This document shows, piece by piece, positions 9,679 to 20,000 of a stretch of 20,000 nucleotides of DNA (the first letter of the stretch is position 1; each line of letters starts with the position of its first letter). The stretch lies in NCBI GenBank assembly GCA_010093605.1, contig MU004192.1, positions 173,322 through 193,321 on the forward strand, written 5' to 3'. The translations under genes and the position numbers were made by a program. Under the pieces are notes generated by a model. The model worked only from the letters and a program-made list of their open reading frames with translations, ran no database searches and was not told the origin of the DNA. The stretch is from Lophium mytilinum (taxonomy: Eukaryota).

Positions 9679-11923
9679 GTCCGGCTCGTAGGTAAAGAAT
9701 AGCTGCACTGGCATAATGGAATAGATATGCAAGCTTAGCGCAGATCGAGCCTTGACAAAATGTCTGATCATTGTAGCACGTGAGAGAGACATAAGCCCGC
9801 TCGCTCTACCTGTCTGCCTTCAGCTTCATCTCAGTCCTGCCTCGAAAGATGTTGTGAATGTGCTCTCCAAGCCGGAAACTATTGCAAGGCAATGTAGATT
9901 CGAAGAGGGGCACTCCTCCGTGAAGACATCCATAGGAGAAACATAGGGGTGACTTCAGGTTTTCAGGAGAAAATAGAGGAGAGGAAATGGCGACAGATAA
10001 GGCCCGTTTTGGTTAGATAACACTTGGCAGTTCCAATGTCACACCGAGCGGCCCGTTTCGCTGTCCCTCCGCCCTCCTTCGATGATCACCTACGTATCAT
10101 TGGCACCACATGTGCCGTTCGCGTCCTACAAACTGAAACGTATCCATTGCCAGATCCGAGTCGTAGAAAGCGTGGGCGCCACAAGAACAATGTTGCGGCC
10201 CTCTTTCTTTGCTACTCTTGCAAACTAGCTATGTTGCCCCAGACAGCAAGCCCTTCAATCAAACTGCCTACCTCGATTTCTGGATATTTCTAATCTCCGT
10301 CTCTGCCAATCCGCCCCTTCATGTTTTCCCTCTCTCTTTTCCTTCTCACTCCCGTCTAAATTCGAGCATAGAATATGCAGTATTCTCATTCGTCAGTTCT
10401 TCCTCTGTATTATTTTCATTCCATGGTCCCTAGATACATTATGCTCAAAGGGAAAATTTGCTCGTGATCATGTATATATGGGCTTATTCGCCCCGCAGCA
10501 GAAAGAGCTATTCCAGTCTGCCTGGCGTGATCTGGAGACTCCCAAAGAAATATCCTATGGCGGCCTTCCAAAGACATTGGCGTCTTGCGATTTTACAAAG
10601 GCATCGAGGACTAGACCGCTATTGTAGGCTCACCTATGAGATCAGGTTGGGCTCGATTTCCGACCCGTCTCCCTTCGCGCCGTACGATCTTTTGTATAGC
10701 CACCACACCGACTTGCTCTGCGTCCTTGAGCCATTTTTTACAGAATGAAAATCATATCTGCCCCCTATAAAAGGGTCTGAAGGTTAAGTTTACGTTTAGT
10801 TCCGGTATGTTTGCCTTGGGATCAAGATCGTGGTATCATGATGCCGAAAGATGCGTCGAACATTAAGTGTTCGACGAAAAGCACCCGATTACCGAGGAAG
10901 TAGGCCTGGACACCCAGCCCTCAATGGCCTGCTTGCCTAATGGCTGTAACACGCCAAAAACATATACGCCAAAAGGACGGAAGAGACGGGGAGCTAGAAC
11001 AGACCTCTTGAATGGCCTCGAATCAGGACTACTGGACCCAGACCGGACGAAGACTCGGCCTTACTCGCATCGCGACGATCGAATACCATGAAAAGTGAAA
11101 CTGAAAATATCCAGGGCCGGTAACTACCCAAACCCCAAGTAATAACGAGTTCTGCCGGAGCTGATGTCCTGGGATGGTTTAAATGTCAGACGCTGCGACG
11201 GACGGATTCCCATTTGACTTGAACTTAGTGCACAACCGGATCCCAGGACGACATACGCACAGAACGTGTCTTCGAAACGTGTTCCGACTCCATATTCCAG
11301 GAGCCACTTTTCAACCCTAGGTCAGCTTCACACTATTAACGTGTCGTATCAGGACAGAGTTGCATTTATGGAGGCTTCCATCGATCTATTGAGTGGACCC
11401 CAACATCTAAGTTTGATCTAGACGCTAGCGACATGCTTACAGATATAGTCTGCTAACACCCGAAACCATACCGAGCCTACTTCCACCGGGCTATTATTAT
11501 TCAATGCTATACTAAGACACAGTGCGAGAGTGCGCTTACCTGTAGTCTTCAATCAAGATCTCATCATATTGTTCGATGCCAATCGCCCTCTGAGTTTCGA
11601 AGGTTCCGTTGAAGTGTCCCGCCGTCGTGTGCGAGGCGGATTTTAATCGAGACGACAGCCGACTCCAGGAAGTTAGCACCAAGTCATCTTTTTTTATGTT
11701 GAAGAGTTAGCTAGCAAGGAAAGTTGGGAAAGGGTTGACAGGCCTTCTTTTGCGGCAAGTTACCGCACGCAGCAGCTGTGGTGCTGTGTAGGTGATTGGT
11801 CCCCCGCCTGCATGTAAAACACTTTCAGACTGTTTACACGCGACCTCATATAGCGCAATTCTGGCTACAGTAGAGGAGCTTCACGGTCTTCTAAGGATTC
11901 ACATGGCTGAATTGGGGCGTGCC

Positions 11924-11930
11924 TATATAA
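11924..11930 (+). promoter_or_regulatory. TATA box candidate for the 12090 gene
   Basis: TATATAA ~165 bp upstream of the ATG at 12090, followed by a pyrimidine-rich and then C/A-rich leader. Confidence 0.4.
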
Positions 11931-12089
11931 GGATGAGGTCTTTCATTTGTTTACTAGCTCTTTATACCTCTCCACTTCTAAACACACCACCACAACCACC
12001 ACCCTCTCAACCGCAACTTCCAGCAGCGGTTTCCAAACCCCACCGAGAAACTGTACGAGTATTGTTACTTCATATATTATTAAGGCTTT

Positions 12090-15000
12090 ATGGCAACAAT
12101 ACCACCGTTCTCTGATTTCTCTTACTACGAAGTCAAGGCAAAGCGGCCCGGTCCTGGGTCTTTCTACCGAGCTGTCGCAGACAGTGTACGGGCAAGGAAG
12201 GAGCACCAACTCGTCAAAAGACAAGTTCTCAGCCACGTACTCTACGTGCTTTCCAATCCGAAGCACCCCCAACACACAATTTATGAGGGGACAGGCGCAA
12301 AATGCCAGGAAAAGGGGAAGCCATTGTTCACTTGTCTTGACTGCCCGGAGCTTTTTGCCAACGCACAGGTCTATTACGTTGTATCGAAGGCTTTGAACAT
12401 CAGACTGACCATTTGGAGGTCATTTTTGGACGGCAAACCTAAGGATTGCGAGTGGATTGGCGGGCCAGTGTCTCTCCCAGAGTGCCACATTCTCGTTCGA
12501 CGCACCGGAGGCATTGCTACGTATTCTTCCCTGGTTCGCGACCATTCCGGGATAGATTTATTGGACTTCTTCAATGAAAATATAAAAAGCCAGGACGTTC
12601 GCGATACAGAAGAAGTGCCCACAAGAGACTTCTCCTGTAGCTGGGATAAATCTTTAGAAGTAGGCGCGACAATAGGCCAGGGACCAACGCGGTTAAAAAA
12701 CATCATATACTACAACCCCCTTGACTCAGTAAGTTTATCTATATTTTTGTTACGTTGATTCCAAGTGTGATGATTTGGTGCTAACCACAAAGATAGTCCG
12801 TGCAACGAGGATCGTTGGATCGGATACGTCTCGAAAAACGAAGGACTTTCAAAGCTTTTGGTCACTCCGTGGAGCGCCCTGAGCAGGTAGCACGGGCTGT
12901 GGAGACAATGCTAGAAGCTGTTGCTCGAGCGCCCACACAAGGGATCTCAATCCGGACAACATCGAACCCGGAGAGCCACAAAACCTTCAAACCATTTGTC
13001 GGGATTGATGGCGAGTTCAAAAGTTTACCCGCCTGCTACACTGGTGATATGGAAACGCTTCTAATCGAAGACAAAGCCGAAATGTTTCTAAACATTTTAC
13101 AAATAAATGTAGGCGTCTACGGACAGTTCAACTATCATATCCTCCATATGATAGAGAATTTCGCCGACTCGGTCGTCGAAGGGCTGACACCATTGCTTGA
13201 CTTTTTGTTCTCTCCGGAAATTGCGAAAGTCTTCTTTAACCCTGCGGAGGATATTCATGTCATCAATTGCACAGTGGCGCACCTGTTTCAAGGGACATCG
13301 AGGGATGCCTACACCTACAAATCCTATCGACCTATAAATGGCAGATCTGAGCATGAGGTAACTCCTTCTTGGAAGTTCACTGGACAAAACTTCCAAGGCG
13401 AGCGGCCAGCACGCTTTATCTTCCCTCGGGTGCCAACGCCATGCTCTTTCCACACTGAAGAGACTGATAGAGGGCTTGCGTGCCCATGTAACACGGGCAA
13501 TTACGACATCAGCCGCGTGGTTGACTGCATTTGCCGCAATATCGAAATGAGTGCTGCGAGAGGAAAGGCAAACTGGGCAAAGCCGGCGTATGGCTACAAC
13601 TATGCCAATTTTCTCACGGCAGTACTACAAGGCCACAAATTCCTATCTTTGTTTGTCCATTGGAAGGATGTCCCCAACGCCTTTGCCAGTAGAGGCATGT
13701 CAAAGACCGACTTCTACAACTCTATGGGCCCGAGGACACAATGGATGAACGAGTACTTCGGATACGGACTTGGAGACGTAGCAGCTATCGTCTACGTCAT
13801 TCAATTCCTACTCTTCACGAGCGATCGAGTTCGTCTTGCATGCTGCCTCTTCAATCATTGCAGCGCCGGCGAGGCAGCTACACTTACATTGCCTTCTAAC
13901 TCAAGCACGGAGGTAGAGTCTCGACGTTTTGATGCGACCTGGAGACGTCGCATATCCAGCCACTGGAGCGTAGAAGAGTGCCGCGATGATCTGAAACCGC
14001 GGTACCTTTCCGAGTACCGAAGCTTCGGAGACACCCAGCGTCCGAGCTGTGTTCGGGTTCCAGCAGACCGAACTGCCAACAGCAACGCACCTCAGTCTCT
14101 AAAGCTTCGTACACATAGCTATGTGTCACACGAGATCTACCGGCGACTTTGTCAGGAGAGCTGGGATGAGGTCCAAAACGCACTCGGCTCGTGTCTGGTA
14201 CATAAGCCGATCCAGCTCTTTACTTGGGTCTCAAGTGAGGACGTTGTACGCATCAACAAAGCAAGGTCAATTCTTTGGCAGTTGGCCTTTGACCCGTGTG
14301 GATTTGCTTGGCCTGATGAGTTGGGCTGTGTAGCTCCAGCAGCCAATGCGTGTTCCAAAGACAACAGGCGCTGGGATATACATCCCGACCCGATCGTGCG
14401 GAGTGGTCAAAGCTACGAGGAGTGCTTCATTAGCTTTCTTAAGTCTAAAAGCGGGTCAATGAGTAGTCCGCCTCGGGGCTTTGGCGCTCCAGTCAACCAC
14501 TGCGACGGCTTGCCCGGCTCTGTTAGTCGGGTTCCCGGAGAGGACATGCCCTTGGCGCGAGAGATCTACGAAGCGTACCCTCAGCCGGGCTTATATGATG
14601 GAAAACATCTAGGTCCCCGAGTAGATGAACCGTGCCGCCCCCAGCCTTCACCAGTCCGGACAGCCGTGGGCATACTTCCCAGATCAATTTCGCTCATTCC
14701 GAAATGGGACAAGGACCAAACACATGCGATGAACTCGTTTATGTTCAACTCGTGGGCTTCGGACGCTCGTCAGGAGCTCCGAGACATCGAAAACGAGATT
14801 CGTAACGAGTGGGCCCGAAACGAGGACGAGGGTGAGCCAGCAGAATTCGATGCTTCCGACATCGACGATCCAAATGGTCGAAAGTTTTGGGCTCGTGTAC
14901 AGACAACCCCAGATTGGAACAAGCCTGCCTATCGAAGGCAAATCAAGACACGCGATGGTAGTGGGAACTGGGTGTCCTACGCTACTAAGCAGGCTGATGC

Positions 15001-15292
15001 TATCAAACAAGCGTTGGCCGATACTGTAGAAGGCTGGAATTTTCCGAAGAAAAAGGCAGATCGCACGAAGTCGAGGCCTCGTTCCTGGGCGCTCCCAAAA
15101 GTACAAGCCAAAGCGAGCGTGGACAAATGTTTCTCTCGAGCCGCTCCAGAAAGTTATCAGGCTCCGACACTGCCAGTACCCAGGGGTCCGAAAATCGCGA
15201 TGCGCAAGGAGTGGCCTCTTGTTGATGGGCAAGAAACGTCCCGGCCAGCTCAAACGGGCGCCAAATCCTGGGCCGATATCGCCAAGTTGTAG
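12090..15292 (+). CDS. Two-exon ~1044-aa protein: degenerate OTU-like N-terminal domain, DEDDy (RNase D/WRN/EXD-like) 3'-5' exonuclease domain and unrecognised C-terminal region
   Basis: Phase-0 intron 12729-12796 (GTAAGT, GCTAAC at 12780, TAG) joins the 222-aa and 830-aa ORFs in frame (...PLDS|SVQRG...). Exonuclease motifs are ExoI FVGIDGEF, LNILQI, ExoII FLFSPEIAKVFFNPAEDI, NYDI and ExoIII YGLGDV. The N-terminal GPGSFYRAVA / HQLVKRQV / VSKALNIRLTIW / ATYSSL pattern resembles OTU. Confidence 0.85.
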
Positions 15293-15843
15293 GGTCGCTT
15301 TCTTTTCCTTGATTTTAGGGTGTCGAAACGACAACGGCTTGCGTCGCCTCGTAGTTTTCGCTTGGCAGAGCTGGAGTGATGTTATTGAAAACACATGTTC
15401 AGTTTGTGTTGACGTTGATTGGGATATTAGATTACATAATGTATCTGCTCATGTTTGAGTTATTTAGGAGAAGATGGAGATTGTCAGCTATAGGTGTGGA
15501 CACTAGAAGGTTCCTTTCGCAATCTCATTTTGATTAGTCTGCTTACTATCCGAGTTCAAAGTCAACATCATTCGCTTTCGACATACATTACGTTCCTGTC
15601 TGATAGATTAACAAATAGAGCGGGTCAAACGTTCTAATTCTATTATGGTGAAGTCTGGGATGGTCATGACTTGTCCCGCGCTTGGCTCTAAAGAAATAGT
15701 GAAACCTAGTAGTTTAAATGCCTATATAGAATTCTTAATATATAGTTAATATTTAGATATTATGCATATAATATATAGATCTACTATAGAAACGCTTTTC
15801 TATATAGATCTAGTATAATTAAGGCCTATATAGGCCTCTCTAA

Positions 15844-16045
15844 TGTCACGGACTACAAGAGGCAAGGCACGGAGCACGGTGTTAAGCAAGAAACAGGGTG
15901 TATTTACGAAGATAAAGTCGCGTGGAGGTGGAGGTTCCACGCGGCGCAGGCTAAATACAGGCTGGAGGTGCGAAACCGCGCTAGCGCACGGGCTCACGTA
16001 ATGTAGCCGAGGGCACGTAATATATGTAGAGCTGGATCCGTTATA
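15844..16045 (-). repeat. 3' LTR (~202 bp) of the Ty3/gypsy element
   Basis: Inverted termini TGTCACGG (15844) and CCGTTATA (ending 16045, consistent with RIP-altered CCGTTACA). The adjacent CTACCCCCCT (16046-16055) is the polypurine tract AGGGGGGTAG on minus. Confidence 0.85.
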
Positions 16046-18060
16046 CTACCCCCCTAAAATAAAGAAGAAAGGCTATAGAAAGGAAAGGCTGCATAGTAAG
16101 GCTATAGACTAAGGAAAATAAAATACTAAGAAAATATAGTTATAAGTAATTAAATAAGAACTATATAAGAAAGGGGCGTACTTATAGTATTATAAAGGTA
16201 GGCGTTTCTATTAAGATAGCTTAGCTAGCTAGATATAGTAGAGGATCTAGGTCTTAGAGCTATAAATAATATTATAATATTACTATATAAGGTATATAAT
16301 TAAAGTTAATAAATGCGCGTATTATAGATTATAAGCGCGCGCTTATTAAGAACCTATTACTAATTTAGGTTAGGCCTAAAATCTAGATAAGGGCTATTAG
16401 TATTAGGGTAATAGTAGTAGAACTTACTAATAAGCTTATTAGCGCTATATTTACTAAAGTTAGTCTAGTTCTACTATATCTATAGCTTAGTATAGCCTTT
16501 ATACTAGGCGCGGTATTATAGCTTATAGCTATAGCGGCCGTATTATAGCTAGCGGCTATCTATAATAAAGTTAATTAGCTATATATTAATATAGTCTTAT
16601 TTATTATTAGTTATTCTATAAGGGTTAATAACTTATACTAGTAGAGGCGGAGCTAGATTCTATTCTAGTATAGGCCGGGGCTTAAATAAATAGAGTAGGT
16701 AAGAGTAGAAGACATTATATATATAATATTCTTTAAGTAATATTTCTATAAAGTTAAGCTAGAAGGCGTAACTCTAATTAATAACTTTAGTAATATAGAA
16801 TAGGCTAAGATTCTTATAGTTAAGTAAGTAATTAGGGCGTTAGGTTTTAATATTATATATATTAAGCTAGACTAGGTTATCTACCTTAAGATATAGTAGT
16901 AGTTAATAATATTAATTTATAAAGTAAGCTTATATAGCTATAGCCTAAGTAATAGTATAGTAATATTCTTTAAGAATCTTATTTATCTAATTAGCGTATT
17001 AATTAGCGAGCAGCTACTTATTATATACTATAGCGCGGCCTATAACTAGCGTAGAAGGTTTAATACCTAATTGCGGGTAGAAGCCGCGTATAGCGAAGAA
17101 GAAAGTAAAACCTATTAAGGCGGATTTATAGTTATTAACTATAAATTTACTAAAAGAAAGATAATTAACCTAGTTATCTTATTAGTATAAAATAAACTAA
17201 TAGAGGTAGGCCTTTATTATAGAGTTAGTATTCTTAGTTTAACTATTAGTTTCTAGGTAGAAAGTAGTAGAAAACTTAGGCTTAATACTAAGGTATTTAT
17301 ATAGGCGTTGCTATACTATAGAGATAAATTATACACTATAGTTACTAATAATAATCTTAGATAGGCTATATAGTTAAAATACTTTATAGATAAAGGTATT
17401 AGTAATATTCTTAATAGTATTACCTATTATAGAAATATAGTAGCGTTTCTTAGATAGTTAGTTAACTATAATAAGAATAAGTATATATATTTATCTATTT
17501 TATATATAAAAAGATAGATCTATAATAAAATCTATAGTAATCTTAGTTTATTACTTATCTAGTATATTAAGGCTATAGAGTAGTTCTTATTATTTATCTT
17601 AAAAAGCTTTTACTTAGCGGTAGCTATAATAGGTACCTATATAGCGCTTAATATCTTTATAGAAGTTAAGCTAGAAGTAGTAATATTAAAGTAACTTATA
17701 GAAGCTATACTTACTAGAGTAGCTAGTAATAAAAGTATTATAGAATAGGCTAAGTAGCTTAGTATATAGCTAGTTATAGGCTAGAACGTATAGATAATTA
17801 TAATAGTATAGTTAGTTATTCTATATTTTAAAGCTATTAATATTAAGGTTACTAATAAGGTTATAGAGGGCTTTTAGAATAAAGCGGGCGCTACTCTAGA
17901 TAATATCTATAAGCTTATATAGTATTAGGTTATATAGGGGTTAGCATATATAGGCTTTATTAATAAGGTATTATAGATTATTATTATTTTAAAATAATAT
18001 AATTAAATTTGCAGCACCTTAGAAATATAACCTAAGAAGGGCCCCTAGGGGCTACTTAAG
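15844..18060 (-). mobile_element. RIP-degenerated Ty3/gypsy chromovirus-type LTR retrotransposon, 3' portion (integrase, chromodomain, PPT, 3' LTR)
   Basis: Minus-strand relic frame read with RIP transitions reversed: HHCC zinc-finger region at ~17600-17790 (YVP...FH...GHPG...YFWP..DIKRY); core at ~17220-17400 (VFRLHGLP.TIVSDRG.QF.S..W..LC..LGI...STAFHPETDGQTE); GPF motif at ~16800; chromodomain at ~16390-16600 (DSR...YR..W.GY...FH..YP). Right boundary is approximate. Confidence 0.9.
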
Positions 18061-18089
18061 GCCCTATAAATGTTTATACGCAGTATTAG

Positions 18090-20000
18090 AGCTCTATAAG
18101 CTGTACTAGCGGCGTCGCGGTGGAATTACGCATTATAACCCCTATCATGCAGCATTATTAATAATAATAATAATACTACTAATAACACTAATAATAACCC
18201 TAAAACTAAACCTACTAACTAAAGACTAAGTAGAATATCTACGCTAACGTCTAAGCGCTTATTAAAGAAGCCTATAGTATATAGGACTCCCTATAGAATA
18301 AGCCTATATCCCCTAACCCTAAGATAAATAACGCCCTTAAGCACCTCTAGAACTTCGCCGGGCGCGTACTAGCTAGCCTCTTAGGCACTGCGGAGGACCT
18401 ATAATAAACGCTATAGAGAAAGATAATAAAGATAATAAAGGAAATATAGAAGGGCGTATAGGCGCTATCTATATAAGAAACAACCTATACAGTAGTAATA
18501 GTAGTAGAAAGAAATAGTAAGACTATAGAAAATAGGGAGTATATAATATAGACTATCTATAAAATTACTATATATATTAAGGATAAGAAGAAACACGCCG
18601 CAATAAATAAGGACTTAAACGCAACTATTACCTATAAGCTCTAAGTAGTAGAAGAGCCTAATATAATAAAGATTTACGGCGTTAGAAAGCTCTAGAGCGG
18701 AGACGTAAAGGCCTACGTGCTAGATGCAACCGCTAAGAAAGCCCTATTAAAGAAAAAGGAATAAATAAAGGTCCTAGGTAAAATAGTATAAATCTAACTA
18801 CCTAAGGTCCTTCTAGAGGTGTATAAAGTACCTAAAGAGATAGATCTAAAGAACCTAACGCTATAAAGTAGTATTATATAAAATAATAAGGTACTATACC
18901 TAGGCCTAGCTATATATAAAATTATATAGAAGCACCTAAATTAGATCTAGGCTATTAGAAATAACTCTAAACGGCGCGCCTTATTAGCTATAGTTACTAT
19001 AGGCATAGAGGCAATAGTAAATAAGATTATAGATAGCGGGCTAGTATAGAATAGATATATACTAGAGGCTGTAAAGTATAAGGTAGGCTTTATAGCTACC
19101 TAATACTTCTAATACTAGGGCTATAGGTACGTTGCTAGATACTATAAGAAGAAGGCGGTATACACGGCGTGCGTAGAAGCTTATAATATAAGATAATATA
19201 TAGAGGAGAGTATTAGAAAGTGCGCTAACTATAAGAGAAGCTACCTATTATATAGTATAGCGTATACTATAAGAAAGAATACTTAACTAAAAGCTAATAT
19301 AAAGAGGTAGGTAGTACTAACCTACTATAGAGCTAATAATAGCCCTAATAATAATACTAATAATACGCCGGGCATAGTAATATTCTAATCTATAATAGAA
19401 TTATAAGCTCTTAACGCGGTAAGTAGAAAGAGAAAGGCTACTAAGAATAGTAATGTACTAGATAGTAGTACTCTAAGAAAAGTAGAACGCCCCTCTATAT
19501 CTACTATATTTACTACGCATAAGAACCTAAAATAACTAAAGATAAATAGAGTGCTATAGTCTACCTATACTATATAGACTATCTAATTAATATATACTTT
19601 CTATTTAATATAGTAGCCTAACTATAATAACCTGCAGCCTTACTATAATAGCCCGCAGCCTTTCTATAGAACCCTGCAGTCTACCTATAAAACACTATAC
19701 TACTCTTAGGTAATAACCTACGGCGATAACACCGGACTATTATAATTTAATATAACTTAGGTGCTATCTACCTAGAAAGAAGAGGTAGTAAGCTATTAGC
19801 TCTATGCTAAGGCTAGCCGGGCTATAATAAATAACCCTAAAGACTCTATAGATACCTAATATTAGGGCAACCTAATACACTTACTATTATATAGTATAAT
19901 ATTAATAAGAGCTAAGAGACCTAAAGGGAGTTTCTTAAGAAGGTAGAGGCGGCCTAGCCCTAGCTATTAGTGCTAGCTATATAAGAACTATAGAAGAATA
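18090..20000 (+). mobile_element. RIP-degenerated non-LTR retrotransposon (Tad1-like LINE): ORF1 and start of the ORF2 AP endonuclease
   Basis: The ATG at 18147 is in frame with a triple zinc knuckle at 19101-19270 (RIP-reversed QCFQCQGYGHVARHC..CTACAEAHDTRQC..CANCKGSHPSYSTAC). At ~19871-20000 a second frame reads TLTIIQYNVNKS...VLAIQEPW, the APE N-terminal motifs. Left boundary is approximate; the element continues past the window. Confidence 0.9.
19602..19706 (+). repeat. Degenerate 21-bp tandem repeat in LINE ORF1
   Basis: TATAATAACCTGCAGCCTTAC / TATAATAGCCCGCAGCCTTTC / TATAGAACCCTGCAGTCTACC plus weaker flanking copies, in the ORF1 frame. Confidence 0.65.

Larger units (their letters stand above)
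15700..20000. repeat. RIP-mutated AT-rich transposon block
   Basis: Abrupt shift to AT-rich sequence with strong TpA excess and CpA/TpG depletion. No ORF of 60 aa or more after ~16000. Relic reading frames are full of TAA/TAG codons where Gln, Trp or Arg is expected. Confidence 0.95.

Noticed and set aside
8901..9792. Long antisense ORFs (286 aa and 160 aa) over the SDR-like gene
   Set aside because: No motifs; expected shadow ORFs from codon bias on the coding strand.
11561..11567. ATGATGA (box C-like) on the minus strand
   Set aside because: No CTGA box D at a suitable distance and no rRNA complementarity recognised.
11792..12396. Overlapping Pro/Thr-rich ORFs 11792..12115 and 11947..12396
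   Set aside because: Produced by a C/A-rich leader, have non-ATG starts and overlap the 12090 gene out of frame.
14684..15394. 236-aa minus-strand ORF
   Set aside because: Antisense to the long exon with no domain features.
15810..15837. Helitron 3' end (hairpin plus CTAG on minus)
   Set aside because: CTAG is followed by A rather than the expected T, and CTAG is common in RIP-mutated DNA.
15800..15997. 65-aa minus-strand ORF
   Set aside because: Falls in the LTR and crosses its boundary; chance ORF.

Overview
Filamentous ascomycete (Pezizomycotina-type) genomic DNA with short GT-AG introns, CTAAC branch points and a RIP-mutated repeat block. Left to right: (1) the 5' end of a Zn2Cys6 transcription factor gene (minus strand, missed by the ORF track because of an intron), divergent from (2) an intronless deoxyribose-phosphate aldolase; (3) an intronless 1211-aa low-complexity protein; (4) AHA1 (Hsp90 activator, 3 coding exons), with an upstream intron carrying a box C/D snoRNA whose guide matches 18S rRNA near G562 (snR40-like); (5) an atypical NAD(P)-binding SDR/NmrA-like gene; (6) ~2.4 kb with no supportable gene; (7) a two-exon ~1044-aa gene that appears to fuse a catalytically degenerate OTU-like domain to a DEDDy 3'-5' exonuclease with intact motifs; (8) from ~15700, an AT-rich RIP-degenerated block with the 3' half of a chromodomain-bearing Ty3/gypsy element (minus strand) joined to a Tad1-like LINE (plus strand). 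The best novelty candidates are the pseudo-OTU/exonuclease fusion, the intronic snoRNA and the TF-aldolase divergon. All calls come from reading motifs by eye; no database searches were run.
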